A stretch of DNA of 60,090 bases, taken from the IMG/VR virus record IMGVR_UViG_3300042486_000250, positions 1-60,090 of that record, one strand, 5' to 3'. The DNA is from a virus (taxonomy: Duplodnaviria; Caudoviricetes). Below the pieces are notes generated by a model that was not told the origin of the DNA, searched no databases, and worked only from the letters and a program-made list of their open reading frames with translations. The position numbers were made by a program, and so were the translations under genes. Below, in pieces: positions 38,085-46,235 of this stretch; position 1 is the first letter of the stretch; the number at the start of each line of letters is the position of its first letter.

Positions 38085-38347
38085 TGGCACACAATCACCG
38101 TATGCAAGAAATTGCAGAACCTTGGATTAATCGCCGTAACGAGTACATCGCACAGCAAGAAATGCTTGCACAGCGCAGTGCTGGTCTTATGGGCGTTAAC
38201 TATGACCCAGAAGAAGCAGGGTATGACGAGGCATACGGTCCACAGGATCGTACCCGCAAGGCTCTTGACACACGCTTGGACAAGCCGTCAGAATATGGTA
38301 TCGCAGAAGAGCGCATGCAAGACCGCAAAGGTCAAGGAGAAAACTAA
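38084..38347 (+). CDS. hypothetical protein, paralogous N-terminus with previous gene
   Basis: MAHNHRMQEIAEPWINRRNE. Confidence 0.6.
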   Translation: MAHNHRMQEIAEPWINRRNEYIAQQEMLAQRSAGLMGVNYDPEEAGYDEAYGPQDRTRKALDTRLDKPSEYGIAEERMQDRKGQGEN

Positions 38348-38348
38348 G

Positions 38349-38654
38349 ATGGCTCGTGGAGAAAATACCGCAAATCACCCCAACCGTATGGTTAGTCTAG
38401 AAAACTTTGCACAAGTTGCACGCCTTGGTCGTGAATTGTCCAAAGGGTTTCCACAAATGAGTGATGATGCCCCTGCTGGTGGTATCCCTCGTCCAAAGAT
38501 GCATGGTTGCTTGGACTGTGGCACACCAACACCTTCGGATAACGGAGATACCTGCGTGGATTGCACCAATGACCGTGACGAAGCCAGTGCAGAGTCATGG
38601 GCACGTAATCAACGAGCCGATGCCGTTAAGGGCATGTTTGGATACCCTCGGTAA
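38349..38654 (+). CDS. small zinc-finger-like protein
   Basis: AAGGAG RBS; CLDC...CVDC. Confidence 0.55.
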   Translation: MARGENTANHPNRMVSLENFAQVARLGRELSKGFPQMSDDAPAGGIPRPKMHGCLDCGTPTPSDNGDTCVDCTNDRDEASAESWARNQRADAVKGMFGYPR

Positions 38655-38657
38655 TTA

Positions 38658-38966
38658 ATGCCTCAGTATCCCTCTAAGCCATGGCAGTCACGACAAGAGA
38701 TGCTCGTAGACATGGCTCTACAGAGTGCGATCTCTACACCCGAACAGATTCGGGCGATTCGTCCTGTGGTGCCACAACAATTGTTTCCAGAGTCTAGAGG
38801 AATGCTTAAGCAAGAGATGGGCGTAGCAGATGCACTTACTATTGATCGCAATTTTCCGACATATCGTTCGTGGGTTTCGGGAGCCCCTGTGATGTTCCGT
38901 AATGGTTTCATCGCAGATGAGTTCTCTGGGTCTTCACGCTACTCAATGCAAAGTTTGTCAATCTAA
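38658..38966 (+). CDS. hypothetical protein
   Basis: 102 aa, coupled. Confidence 0.55.
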   Translation: MPQYPSKPWQSRQEMLVDMALQSAISTPEQIRAIRPVVPQQLFPESRGMLKQEMGVADALTIDRNFPTYRSWVSGAPVMFRNGFIADEFSGSSRYSMQSLSI

Positions 38967-39292
38967 TGCCTAGTTATCAACAAGGAATACAACCACCTAC
39001 CAGTCTAGGGTTTCAACCAAAAAAGTGGAAAGAACCCGAAACCCCTGCCATCAAGAGCGTGGTATGGAAATCACCAAGTGTTGGAGCCACCCGTGACTAC
39101 GGCAGTACACCTAGCGAAGTGGCTACCATGCCACATCGTTGGGTATACCCTGAAAAACAATTGTCAAAGAGAAAAAAAGAAGACGAAGAGGAAGGTCCAG
39201 CGACTGGTTCTTCGGGTAGCCGAACAATGCAGCGTGGTAGAGCAATCTACGATGCCTACAGAACCTACAGAGGATCTAGAACAACTCCCTAG
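38966..39292 (+). CDS. hypothetical protein
   Basis: 108 aa, coupled. Confidence 0.5.
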   Translation: MPSYQQGIQPPTSLGFQPKKWKEPETPAIKSVVWKSPSVGATRDYGSTPSEVATMPHRWVYPEKQLSKRKKEDEEEGPATGSSGSRTMQRGRAIYDAYRTYRGSRTTP

Positions 39293-39351
39293 ATTCTGTC
39301 CCTTGATAACTGGTAAAATAGTAAGCACAACGATTTAACCTAAGGAACACT

Positions 39352-39558
39352 ATGGCAGTTAATGACTCTAGATCAATGAACCGTGACCTGCGTCTTGGCG
39401 CTACTGACGGTAAGTTCAAGTCCCTCACACCAGACCGTGGTGGTGAGGTTGACCCCACCCATGCAACAAAGCGCATGCACGAAGTATCGGCTACCTACCC
39501 AACAGGTGAGCAGTACAGCATCATTGATCGTCACCCACTGGCTGATTCGGGTATCTAA
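39352..39558 (+). CDS. hypothetical protein
   Basis: 68 aa, AAGGA RBS. Confidence 0.55.
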   Translation: MAVNDSRSMNRDLRLGATDGKFKSLTPDRGGEVDPTHATKRMHEVSATYPTGEQYSIIDRHPLADSGI

Positions 39559-39773
39559 TGGCGAACATGTACCCTTGGCTTGAGTCCTATGGTCACCCAA
39601 GTAAAGACATCAAGATTGACCACCATGTAAGCGGTCAGAAGTCTTCTGTTTACAAGCGCAACCTTCACTACGGTACATTCCACGGACCAGATGCTCCTGT
39701 CAATGCACGAAACATGGCACACATCATCCACAATGATGAGTCTGTTCGTGCAGACAATTCACCTATCGTCTAA
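39558..39773 (+). CDS. hypothetical protein
   Basis: 71 aa, TAATG coupling. Confidence 0.5.
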   Translation: MANMYPWLESYGHPSKDIKIDHHVSGQKSSVYKRNLHYGTFHGPDAPVNARNMAHIIHNDESVRADNSPIV

Positions 39774-39823
39774 CCTACATAAACATGTGCTAGGCTTCTT
39801 AGAAACTATCTAAGGAGTACCAA

Positions 39824-40291
39824 ATGGCAGAGACAGGTTTTGACCGTATTCTTATTTGTAAGACACACGGCGTTATGTACAAGATGCGTCCCTATGACGG
39901 ACCTGCTGAGTACGACCAAGAACTAATTGAACTTTGTAATAGGCACAATGGTCAGGTACAAGATCCTGACAACTGCCGTGCACTTATCTACCGTGTTGAC
40001 CCAGATACAGCCAGCAAACTGGATGTTGAAACGGCGCTCAAAGGTGAATTAGCAGAACAAGATGTCTACATCCGTGAGACACGAGACGACCTAAAGGTTC
40101 AGGCTCTCAAGTGCTTTAACCAGCACAATCGTCCAGAAGGTGGTTGCCCTGACTGGTGTGATGAATCCAAGACCATCGGACGCAAGACTGGTGTACCGCC
40201 AGAACATCGTCAGTACATCTGTATGTATTGCCCAGTAGGTGCATGGGTTGCTCACCAAGAGCGCAAAGAGATGGGTCTTTACGGCAAGTGA
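39824..40291 (+). CDS. Cys-rich hypothetical protein
   Basis: 155 aa, AAGGAG RBS; CPDWC, CMYCP. Confidence 0.6.
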   Translation: MAETGFDRILICKTHGVMYKMRPYDGPAEYDQELIELCNRHNGQVQDPDNCRALIYRVDPDTASKLDVETALKGELAEQDVYIRETRDDLKVQALKCFNQHNRPEGGCPDWCDESKTIGRKTGVPPEHRQYICMYCPVGAWVAHQERKEMGLYGK

Positions 40292-40764
40292 TTGTCTTTG
40301 GCTTTGATGTTCTTGCACACCCAGGTGATGAACTAGGAGCAAGACAGCCCACCCGTGAGGGACGACAACTTTGGAACATGATGTTCTCAAAGTACGAAGG
40401 ACGCATCTGTGTGCTTGCACACGGAATTGAAGACAATAAAACACCTATACTAATGGAATGGCTCAAAAAAGAGGGCTACAAGGCAGGAGCGATTGACCTA
40501 ACTTATGAAATATCTCCCGATGCCAAACTGGAGCGTGTTCGTGGTATCCAAGCAGGATACGGAAGAATTGACTGGTTCGTTGACAGCGATCCAGCCACCG
40601 TTACTAGAGTCATTCACGAAGGAATTGCATCCCTCCTCGTCACAATTCCAAGTATCCCTAGACCTGAATGGGTTGAAGGACGAACCATCAGAGGATGGGA
40701 CGAACTCTCTCAAGAACTTGACGCCCAAGCACTTGCCAAAGCAGAACGATCATGGAAGGATTGA
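40288..40764 (+). CDS. HAD-like protein
   Basis: IVFGFDVLA N-terminus, EWLKKEG, WFVDSDP. Confidence 0.5.
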   Translation: MIVFGFDVLAHPGDELGARQPTREGRQLWNMMFSKYEGRICVLAHGIEDNKTPILMEWLKKEGYKAGAIDLTYEISPDAKLERVRGIQAGYGRIDWFVDSDPATVTRVIHEGIASLLVTIPSIPRPEWVEGRTIRGWDELSQELDAQALAKAERSWKD

Positions 40765-40768
40765 TGAC

Positions 40769-41023
40769 ATGACAGACATGAACAACCTTGACATTGATTT
40801 TGATGAGTGGATGGAGTACGGCATTAAAAAGGGCTTCTGTGGTCCAGCCGTGTGCTACACCCATGATGGACTCCCTATGTCCGATGAAGAGTGGATGGAA
40901 GAAGAAGCCAGTGGTGAGCCTCCCTGCATGCATATCATCCGCCTTTACGAGGACGATGTGCAGAAAAAGCAAATTGAAGACATGCACGCACCATCCGTGT
41001 GGCGAAACCATTATCGGGACTGA
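40769..41023 (+). CDS. small acidic protein
   Basis: FDEWMEYG..GFCGPAVCYTHDG...PCMH. Confidence 0.6.
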   Translation: MTDMNNLDIDFDEWMEYGIKKGFCGPAVCYTHDGLPMSDEEWMEEEASGEPPCMHIIRLYEDDVQKKQIEDMHAPSVWRNHYRD

Positions 41024-41029
41024 GGTGCC

Positions 41030-41209
41030 GTGGCTGTTAAAAACTCTTTTGCTAATCAGGTTCGTATTGCCTTAATCGTTGCTAAGTCATTGCTTAAAAA
41101 AGCAACAGAGACTAATGAGATTTCACGAGAACAAAGTGAACTTGTGCAAGAGCATCTCAACTCTGCGTACACAATAATTAAACAAGTGTTGAGCAAGGAA
41201 ACCGATTGA
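41030..41209 (+). CDS. small hypothetical protein (59 aa, not in ORF track)
   Basis: GAGG then GTG; fills the gap and couples to next gene. Confidence 0.4.
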   Translation: MAVKNSFANQVRIALIVAKSLLKKATETNEISREQSELVQEHLNSAYTIIKQVLSKETD

Positions 41210-42642
41210 AAGTCTTTTTTGGTGGAGCCGAGAAGGGCTCTTACCGCTCCATCCTCTTAAGCGCAGGTGTTACCAGATTTGGTATCAACTTAACCCACTA
41301 CGCTGTTCCTAAGAAGAAACTGCTTGATCTTGCAACGGTGTATCAGGGGAACGACATCATCCTGTATGTCTCAGAGAATGATGAAGACTTGGCTCGCTAT
41401 GATTCATTTGTGCGTGAGCACATTGATAGTTTGACCTATGTGATTGGACGACCCGATTACGATGGCGCATGGATGGGTGAAAAATATGTACCTATCTGGA
41501 ATGACCCTGATGACTTAGAGCGTCTCCAATGGCTGTGTCAGAAGTATGGTCGTGTGGCTGTCAGTGATCGTGCCATCACAGGCAAAACCATCAACCGAAT
41601 TGGTCAGATCGCCACACGATGGTCAACCCAATTAATTGGTCTTACCTCTAAACCAGATGTCATTGAGAAGATCAACTGGGAGTCCGTTGTAGTCGTCTCA
41701 TGGTCTAGCGCACTGCGCTACGGAGAGACTCAGGTGTGGGATGGGCACGCACTGCACCGCTACCCCGCACAACAAAAAGAGAGCGCACGCAAGAGACACC
41801 GCAACGACATCCAGCGTCTTGGTGTGGACTACAACGCCGTCCTTGAAGATGAAGTAAACGCTGTGGCACACCTTGCTATCCAATCGTGGAGAGCATGGGA
41901 AACTAAAAACTTTGGGGGCTATGACCTTATGAATGTTGATGACGAAGAAGAGTTCACACTCACTGATGACAATCAAATCATAATGATTTCAGGGGATACC
42001 CCAAACCCCCAAAGTGTGGCACCGAGGGGTACAAACATTGTTCCACAGGTACCTAATAAGCGGCACGAAGGCAAAAGAACATTGCTCCCTGTTATGGGCA
42101 TTGACACCATCACATCAATGGGCTCACAAACCCTTGATAATGAAGGGGAATCTATTGAAGTAGACCCTGAACAAGTGTCTATTTTGAAGTACAACGCAGA
42201 CCCTTTGAGGCAGTGCAATCATTGTTACTTGGCAAGTCGTTGTCCACAATTTGAGGAAAATAGTGAGTGTGCGTTTTCTTTGCCCATTGAGATCCGCACA
42301 AAGGATCAGTTGAACTCTGCAATGCGTGCTTTGGTAGAGATGCAAGTGGGTCGTGTGATGTTCGCAAGGTTCGCTGAAGAACTAGAAGGTCAAGGTATTG
42401 ACACCACACTCTCCGTTGAGATGGATCGTGTCTTCACCATGATTGAGAAGTTAAAGAGCATCTCCGATACACGAGACACAGTGAGTTTTACGATGGAAGC
42501 AAAGGGCACCAGCGGTGTTCTTTCCCGTCTGTTCGGTGCCAAGGCAGGGGAGCAGGCACGCCAGTTGCCTAATGGTGGCTATGACGAGATTGCTACCAAC
42601 AACATGTACGCAGACATCATTGACATGTCTGAAGAAGGTTGA
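41206..42642 (+). CDS. large hypothetical protein with alpha/beta N-domain and Cys-cluster C-domain
   Basis: 478 aa; C-x2-C-x5-C-x8-C (CNHCYLASRCPQFEENSEC). Confidence 0.6.
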   Translation: MKVFFGGAEKGSYRSILLSAGVTRFGINLTHYAVPKKKLLDLATVYQGNDIILYVSENDEDLARYDSFVREHIDSLTYVIGRPDYDGAWMGEKYVPIWNDPDDLERLQWLCQKYGRVAVSDRAITGKTINRIGQIATRWSTQLIGLTSKPDVIEKINWESVVVVSWSSALRYGETQVWDGHALHRYPAQQKESARKRHRNDIQRLGVDYNAVLEDEVNAVAHLAIQSWRAWETKNFGGYDLMNVDDEEEFTLTDDNQIIMISGDTPNPQSVAPRGTNIVPQVPNKRHEGKRTLLPVMGIDTITSMGSQTLDNEGESIEVDPEQVSILKYNADPLRQCNHCYLASRCPQFEENSECAFSLPIEIRTKDQLNSAMRALVEMQVGRVMFARFAEELEGQGIDTTLSVEMDRVFTMIEKLKSISDTRDTVSFTMEAKGTSGVLSRLFGAKAGEQARQLPNGGYDEIATNNMYADIIDMSEEG

Positions 42643-42668
42643 CAAGGCTAATAGCACACCTGTACACT
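42639..42668 (+). promoter_or_regulatory. sigma70-type promoter TTGACA-18-TACACT
   Basis: Near-consensus hexamers upstream of 42695. Confidence 0.7.
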
Positions 42669-42694
42669 TCCACGCAAATCGGAAGGACACCATC

Positions 42695-42982
42695 ATGGAT
42701 TATGAAAAATTGTCAAAAGGCTATTACGAACAGCGTCAGAAGAACAGCCTAGAAGAACACTTGAAGTACCAGAAGTCTCTTGAGAAGTTCCCCAATGGCT
42801 ACGAGAACAAGAGAGAAGAATCCCCAGCGCCTGTAGAGGTTGACTACAGCATTGTCAGGATGCCTGATGGTGGGTATGTAGTTGCTCGTTCACGAAATCT
42901 CGGTTCTTTGGATTATGACTTTATATGTTCATGCTCCAGTCGTCATGAGGCTCATGAAATCGTAAAGGCTCTCAGCAAGTGA
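42695..42982 (+). CDS. hypothetical protein
   Basis: AAGGA RBS; 95 aa. Confidence 0.55.
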   Translation: MDYEKLSKGYYEQRQKNSLEEHLKYQKSLEKFPNGYENKREESPAPVEVDYSIVRMPDGGYVVARSRNLGSLDYDFICSCSSRHEAHEIVKALSK

Positions 42983-43581
42983 TTACAGATGTTGCTATTG
43001 ATGTAGACGGGGTGTTGTTTGACTTTGCTGGTGTTGTCACCAAGCATTTTTCTGATTACTTCGGAACAGAACTTCCAGCGCCAAAGAACTGGGAGTTCTT
43101 TGAAGAGTGGGGTCTTTCAGCAGAAGCCTTCTACACACTTCTTGACCATCTCACCGTTGAAAGAGAGATTTTTAATGAAGGCTCACCAATACCTAAAACC
43201 ATGGTTGGATGGCAAGCAATGCGGGAACAAGGACTGCGGTTGCATGTCATCACCCACAGATCATGGTCAGCCCATGCCCAAACCATCCAGTGGCTTGAGC
43301 GATACCGACTCATCCCAGACAGTCTCCACTTCACAGGAGACAAAGCCCCAGTCTTAGCGTCTATCGCAAGCGATGAGTTTGCAGCCATTGATGACCACTA
43401 CGACCAGTATGCCCACTACAAGGCATACGACACCAAGGCTTTCTTATTCACACAGCCATGGAATGCTGGACACCCAGGTCGCCGTGTTTCTAATCTCGTA
43501 GAGTTTGCCGATGCAATCAAGTTGTACAACCAATACTGGTCAGCGGAGAACGCTTACACATTGATGGATCAGGTGTTCTGA
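42979..43581 (+). CDS. 5'(3')-deoxyribonucleotidase (HAD, NT5C-like)
   Basis: IDVDGVLFDF, VITHR, IDD, QPWN. Confidence 0.85.
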   Translation: MITDVAIDVDGVLFDFAGVVTKHFSDYFGTELPAPKNWEFFEEWGLSAEAFYTLLDHLTVEREIFNEGSPIPKTMVGWQAMREQGLRLHVITHRSWSAHAQTIQWLERYRLIPDSLHFTGDKAPVLASIASDEFAAIDDHYDQYAHYKAYDTKAFLFTQPWNAGHPGRRVSNLVEFADAIKLYNQYWSAENAYTLMDQVF

Positions 43582-43958
43582 TGTCTGAGAATTATCGTTC
43601 AAAGATTCTGATGGATGCTGTTGAAATTATTAACGGCGCTCGCAACAACGACTACGGAGATCCAGTAGACGACTTCAGCACCACAGCGGAGTTTTGGCAG
43701 ACATACCTTGACCGAACCATGAAGGCTCGCAAGGGTCTTGATCTTCGTGCACACGATGTTGCTGTCATGATGATGCTTTTGAAGATCGCTCGCATCTCAT
43801 GGACTCCTGAGAAGGAAGACCATTGGATGGACATTGCTGGCTATGACGGTTGTGGATGGGACTGTGTAGTCCGTCAGGATGACCTGACCGAGCCACAATG
43901 CGAGTACTGCCTCAACGGCTGGGCATGTGACTGCGGTCAGGCTAACCCCGACTTCTGA
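43581..43958 (+). CDS. DUF6378-like protein (dNTP pyrophosphohydrolase-related)
   Basis: INGARNNDYGDP...DVAVMMMLLKIAR...DIAGY. Confidence 0.7.
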   Translation: MSENYRSKILMDAVEIINGARNNDYGDPVDDFSTTAEFWQTYLDRTMKARKGLDLRAHDVAVMMMLLKIARISWTPEKEDHWMDIAGYDGCGWDCVVRQDDLTEPQCEYCLNGWACDCGQANPDF

Positions 43959-43960
43959 TG

Positions 43961-44329
43961 TCAGCGCAAGAAGGGCTTAGATTGTTTGACCGACCGAGCG
44001 ACTTCTACAAGGCTCTCATCAATACGACCGACCATGAGTTCGGCGTCCAAACGAGACTTGTCAATCTTCTCAACGATGATTCGCTTCCACTGAGCAGGCT
44101 TGAGAAGTTCCTTCAAGACATCCTCGTTCCAAACAACTGTGTTGCTCTGGATGAGGTTGACCTTGCCGAGTTCTGTCTCAGCCTTAGTGAGACCTGCTTG
44201 GTTGAGTTCGCTAATGACCACTGCATCAAGATCCTTGAGGCGCTCTGTGAGCGTGTCAAGTTCAGCCTTGAGACGAATGCGTTCGTTAACGAGGGTGGAT
44301 AGGGACTGGGTATTTGTGTTGGTTGTCAT
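43961..44329 (-). CDS. Gam/Gp157-like coiled-coil protein, lone reverse-strand gene
   Basis: 122 aa; coiled coil then ETELGKVNL, KIDKSRL; TAAGGT 7 nt before ATG. Confidence 0.55.
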   Translation of the reverse strand: MTTNTNTQSLSTLVNERIRLKAELDTLTERLKDLDAVVISELNQAGLTKAETELGKVNLIQSNTVVWNEDVLKELLKPAQWKRIIVEKIDKSRLDAELMVGRIDESLVEVARSVKQSKPFLR

Positions 44330-44389
44330 GGTTTGCACCTTATCTGCTAGGTGTGTCAAAGACACACTGATTTATTAATTGGAGACTGT

Positions 44390-44794
44390 ATGGAAGAAGA
44401 ATGGCGCCTAAAGGCTCTATGCCACAAGAGGAACAACGAGTTTTGGTTCCCACCCATGGAGGCGGATGCACCAGAGCAGTACTACTCCATAGCGAGGGAG
44501 ATATGTCGTTGCTGTCCCTTGTGGGAGAAGTGCCTAAAAGACGGTTTAAACGAGAAATGGGGCATGTGGGGAGGACTCACACCCAAAGACCGCCAGCCCA
44601 TTAAGGACGGCAAGCAGTCCCTTCTGAAGGCTCATGGCTCATGGGTTAGGTACCGACAGGGTTGTCGGTGTGATCTGTGTACAGAGGCTCACATTGAAAG
44701 TTTGAAGAATGTGAAGTTGAATATGAATGTTATTCCGTACATGAATGAGCCCGTAGGAGATTTGTCATCAGTTAGGTATGACATGATGGGATAA
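44390..44794 (+). CDS. whiB: WhiB-family transcription factor with C-terminal HG..Y..GCRC..C module
   Basis: WRLKALC...FWFP...ICRCCPLWEKCL...GMWGGLT..DR; GGAG RBS. Confidence 0.85.
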   Translation: MEEEWRLKALCHKRNNEFWFPPMEADAPEQYYSIAREICRCCPLWEKCLKDGLNEKWGMWGGLTPKDRQPIKDGKQSLLKAHGSWVRYRQGCRCDLCTEAHIESLKNVKLNMNVIPYMNEPVGDLSSVRYDMMG

Positions 44795-44815
44795 CCACCC
44801 TGTAAACTGGATACA

Positions 44816-44874
44816 GAAGCCCATACCAAGGATTTACCCCCTGAGACACCCGTGTCTCTCTTGGTGTGGGCTTC
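44816..44874 (+). promoter_or_regulatory. structured 5' leader of the Rpf-like gene
   Basis: gaagcccataccaag / cttggtgtgggcttc stem enclosing a gagacac/gtgtctc hairpin, just after TAAACT. Confidence 0.5.
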
Positions 44875-44904
44875 GTGCTTTATCCGCCTACAGAGGAGTA
44901 CACC

Positions 44905-45468
44905 TTGCTGTTAGCACGCATTGGCTTAGTCGCCACACTTTCATTTCCATTAGGGATGCATGGAGCATCGGCACAAGGAGTGGAGGTGACGACTACAACC
45001 ACTGTGGCTACGCCTGTGCACAGCACAAGCATCAACACGATGCATCCTGAACTACGGGCGCAACTAAAGACACGCAAAGCAGGATCAGTTCGTTTCTGGG
45101 AAGCAGTCTCGTGGTGTGAGACCAACCACAAGTGGAATGACGGTGGCTACTACGCAGGCGGTCTCGGCATCGCTCAGAGTGCGTGGCAAGGCTTTGGTGG
45201 TAGGCAGTTCTCAAAGAGTCCTAAAGATGCCACCAAAGAAGAGCAAATCATCGTTGCCAACAGGATCTCATTCTTCGGATTCCAGACCAAGAATGTGTTC
45301 AGAACACTTGATGACAAGTTGAACAACAAGCCTTTCTTCCGACCAGCAATCGGATGGCGTAGTTCAAAGAACTGGGGCAGAGGTTGCATCAACTGGGAGA
45401 CACGCAAACCACTCCGTGACCGCTACACAGAATCAGGTATGGCGGAGTGGAAGAAGACTCGCCCCTAG
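44905..45468 (+). CDS. rpf: secreted Rpf-type lytic transglycosylase
   Basis: Signal peptide (…ASA), Thr linker, WEAVSWCET...YAGGLGI...W..FGG...ATKEEQI.VA; GAGGAG RBS then TTG. Confidence 0.8.
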   Translation: MLLARIGLVATLSFPLGMHGASAQGVEVTTTTTVATPVHSTSINTMHPELRAQLKTRKAGSVRFWEAVSWCETNHKWNDGGYYAGGLGIAQSAWQGFGGRQFSKSPKDATKEEQIIVANRISFFGFQTKNVFRTLDDKLNNKPFFRPAIGWRSSKNWGRGCINWETRKPLRDRYTESGMAEWKKTRP

Positions 45469-45470
45469 CC

Positions 45471-45692
45471 ATGGGTAGGTGCATACCCGTTGAAGACATC
45501 TTAGGAACCTCAGAGGTTGCTGAGGTGCTCGGTGTCAGCAAGCAACGCATTCACTCACTGCGTCAGATGAAGGAGTTCCCAGAGCCTGTGGTGCAGTTAG
45601 CATCCACTCCTTTGTGGGATCGTAAAGATGTTGTATCATTTTTGGCAATATGGAAACCATGGAAGGTAATCAATAATGAGTTACAGATATGA
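45471..45692 (+). CDS. AlpA/excisionase-like HTH protein
   Basis: LGTSEVAEVLGVSKQRI...FPEP...PLWDRKDV. Confidence 0.75.
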   Translation: MGRCIPVEDILGTSEVAEVLGVSKQRIHSLRQMKEFPEPVVQLASTPLWDRKDVVSFLAIWKPWKVINNELQI

Positions 45693-45831
45693 ATGTCCAT
45701 CGTGCAAGGTTGCCATGAGTACGAATCTCTCACTATCAACTCCGCCAGTGCACAAGTGCCAGAAGAAAGCCAACAGGGTGATCCCGTTGGAACTGGTAGA
45801 GAAGACAAAAGAAGAGCCCCCCACCGAATAG
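45676..45831 (+). CDS. small zinc-ribbon protein (51 aa, not in ORF track)
   Basis: MSYRYECPSC...HKC. Confidence 0.4.
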   Translation: MSYRYECPSCKVAMSTNLSLSTPPVHKCQKKANRVIPLELVEKTKEEPPTE

Positions 45832-45846
45832 GCAGGGGGCTTCTTC
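45807..45846. terminator. probable bidirectional terminator at the convergence point
   Basis: aaaagaagagccccc...gggggcttcttc between converging operons. Confidence 0.65.
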
Positions 45847-45857
45847 ATTGTTGGTTG

Positions 45858-46235
45858 CTACTCCACGCTGTCGGGGAATGGAAACTTGCGAGGACTGTTC
45901 GTAGAGACGAAGAAGTCAACACCACCCCACACACCGTTACGCATGTCGTTCTGCTTTGCAAAGTTAAAACACTCTTTACGAACGGTGCATTGAGAGCAGA
46001 GAGCCTGAGCCTGAGCCACCATCATCGCACGAGTGTTGTTGCGCTGTGCATTCTCGGTGAAGAAGATGGGAGTCATCTCAGACTGTCCCTTGCACTTGGC
46101 ATGATCCCTCCATCGTCCATCATCCTCAAACTTGAGGCTAGGAAGTTCAATGAAGTTGGTTGTGTCGTAATCCGTCAGGCGTACACGGCGGACGACAGGG
46201 GGCTTGACGCCCCCTGCCTCTGTAACCGCATCCAT
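45858..46235 (-). CDS. whiB: WhiB-family transcription factor
   Basis: WRDHAKC...IFF...AQALCSQCTVRKEC...GVWGG. Confidence 0.88.
   Translation of the reverse strand: MDAVTEAGGVKPPVVRRVRLTDYDTTNFIELPSLKFEDDGRWRDHAKCKGQSEMTPIFFTENAQRNNTRAMMVAQAQALCSQCTVRKECFNFAKQNDMRNGVWGGVDFFVSTNSPRKFPFPDSVE

Noticed and set aside
43958-44302. Plus-strand 114-aa ORF coupled to the DUF6378-like gene
   Set aside because: It is the antisense shadow of 43961-44329, which has the more protein-like coiled-coil sequence. Not fully excluded.
44816-44874. c-di-AMP (ydaO) riboswitch upstream of rpf
   Set aside because: Too short, and the conserved aptamer motifs were not seen.
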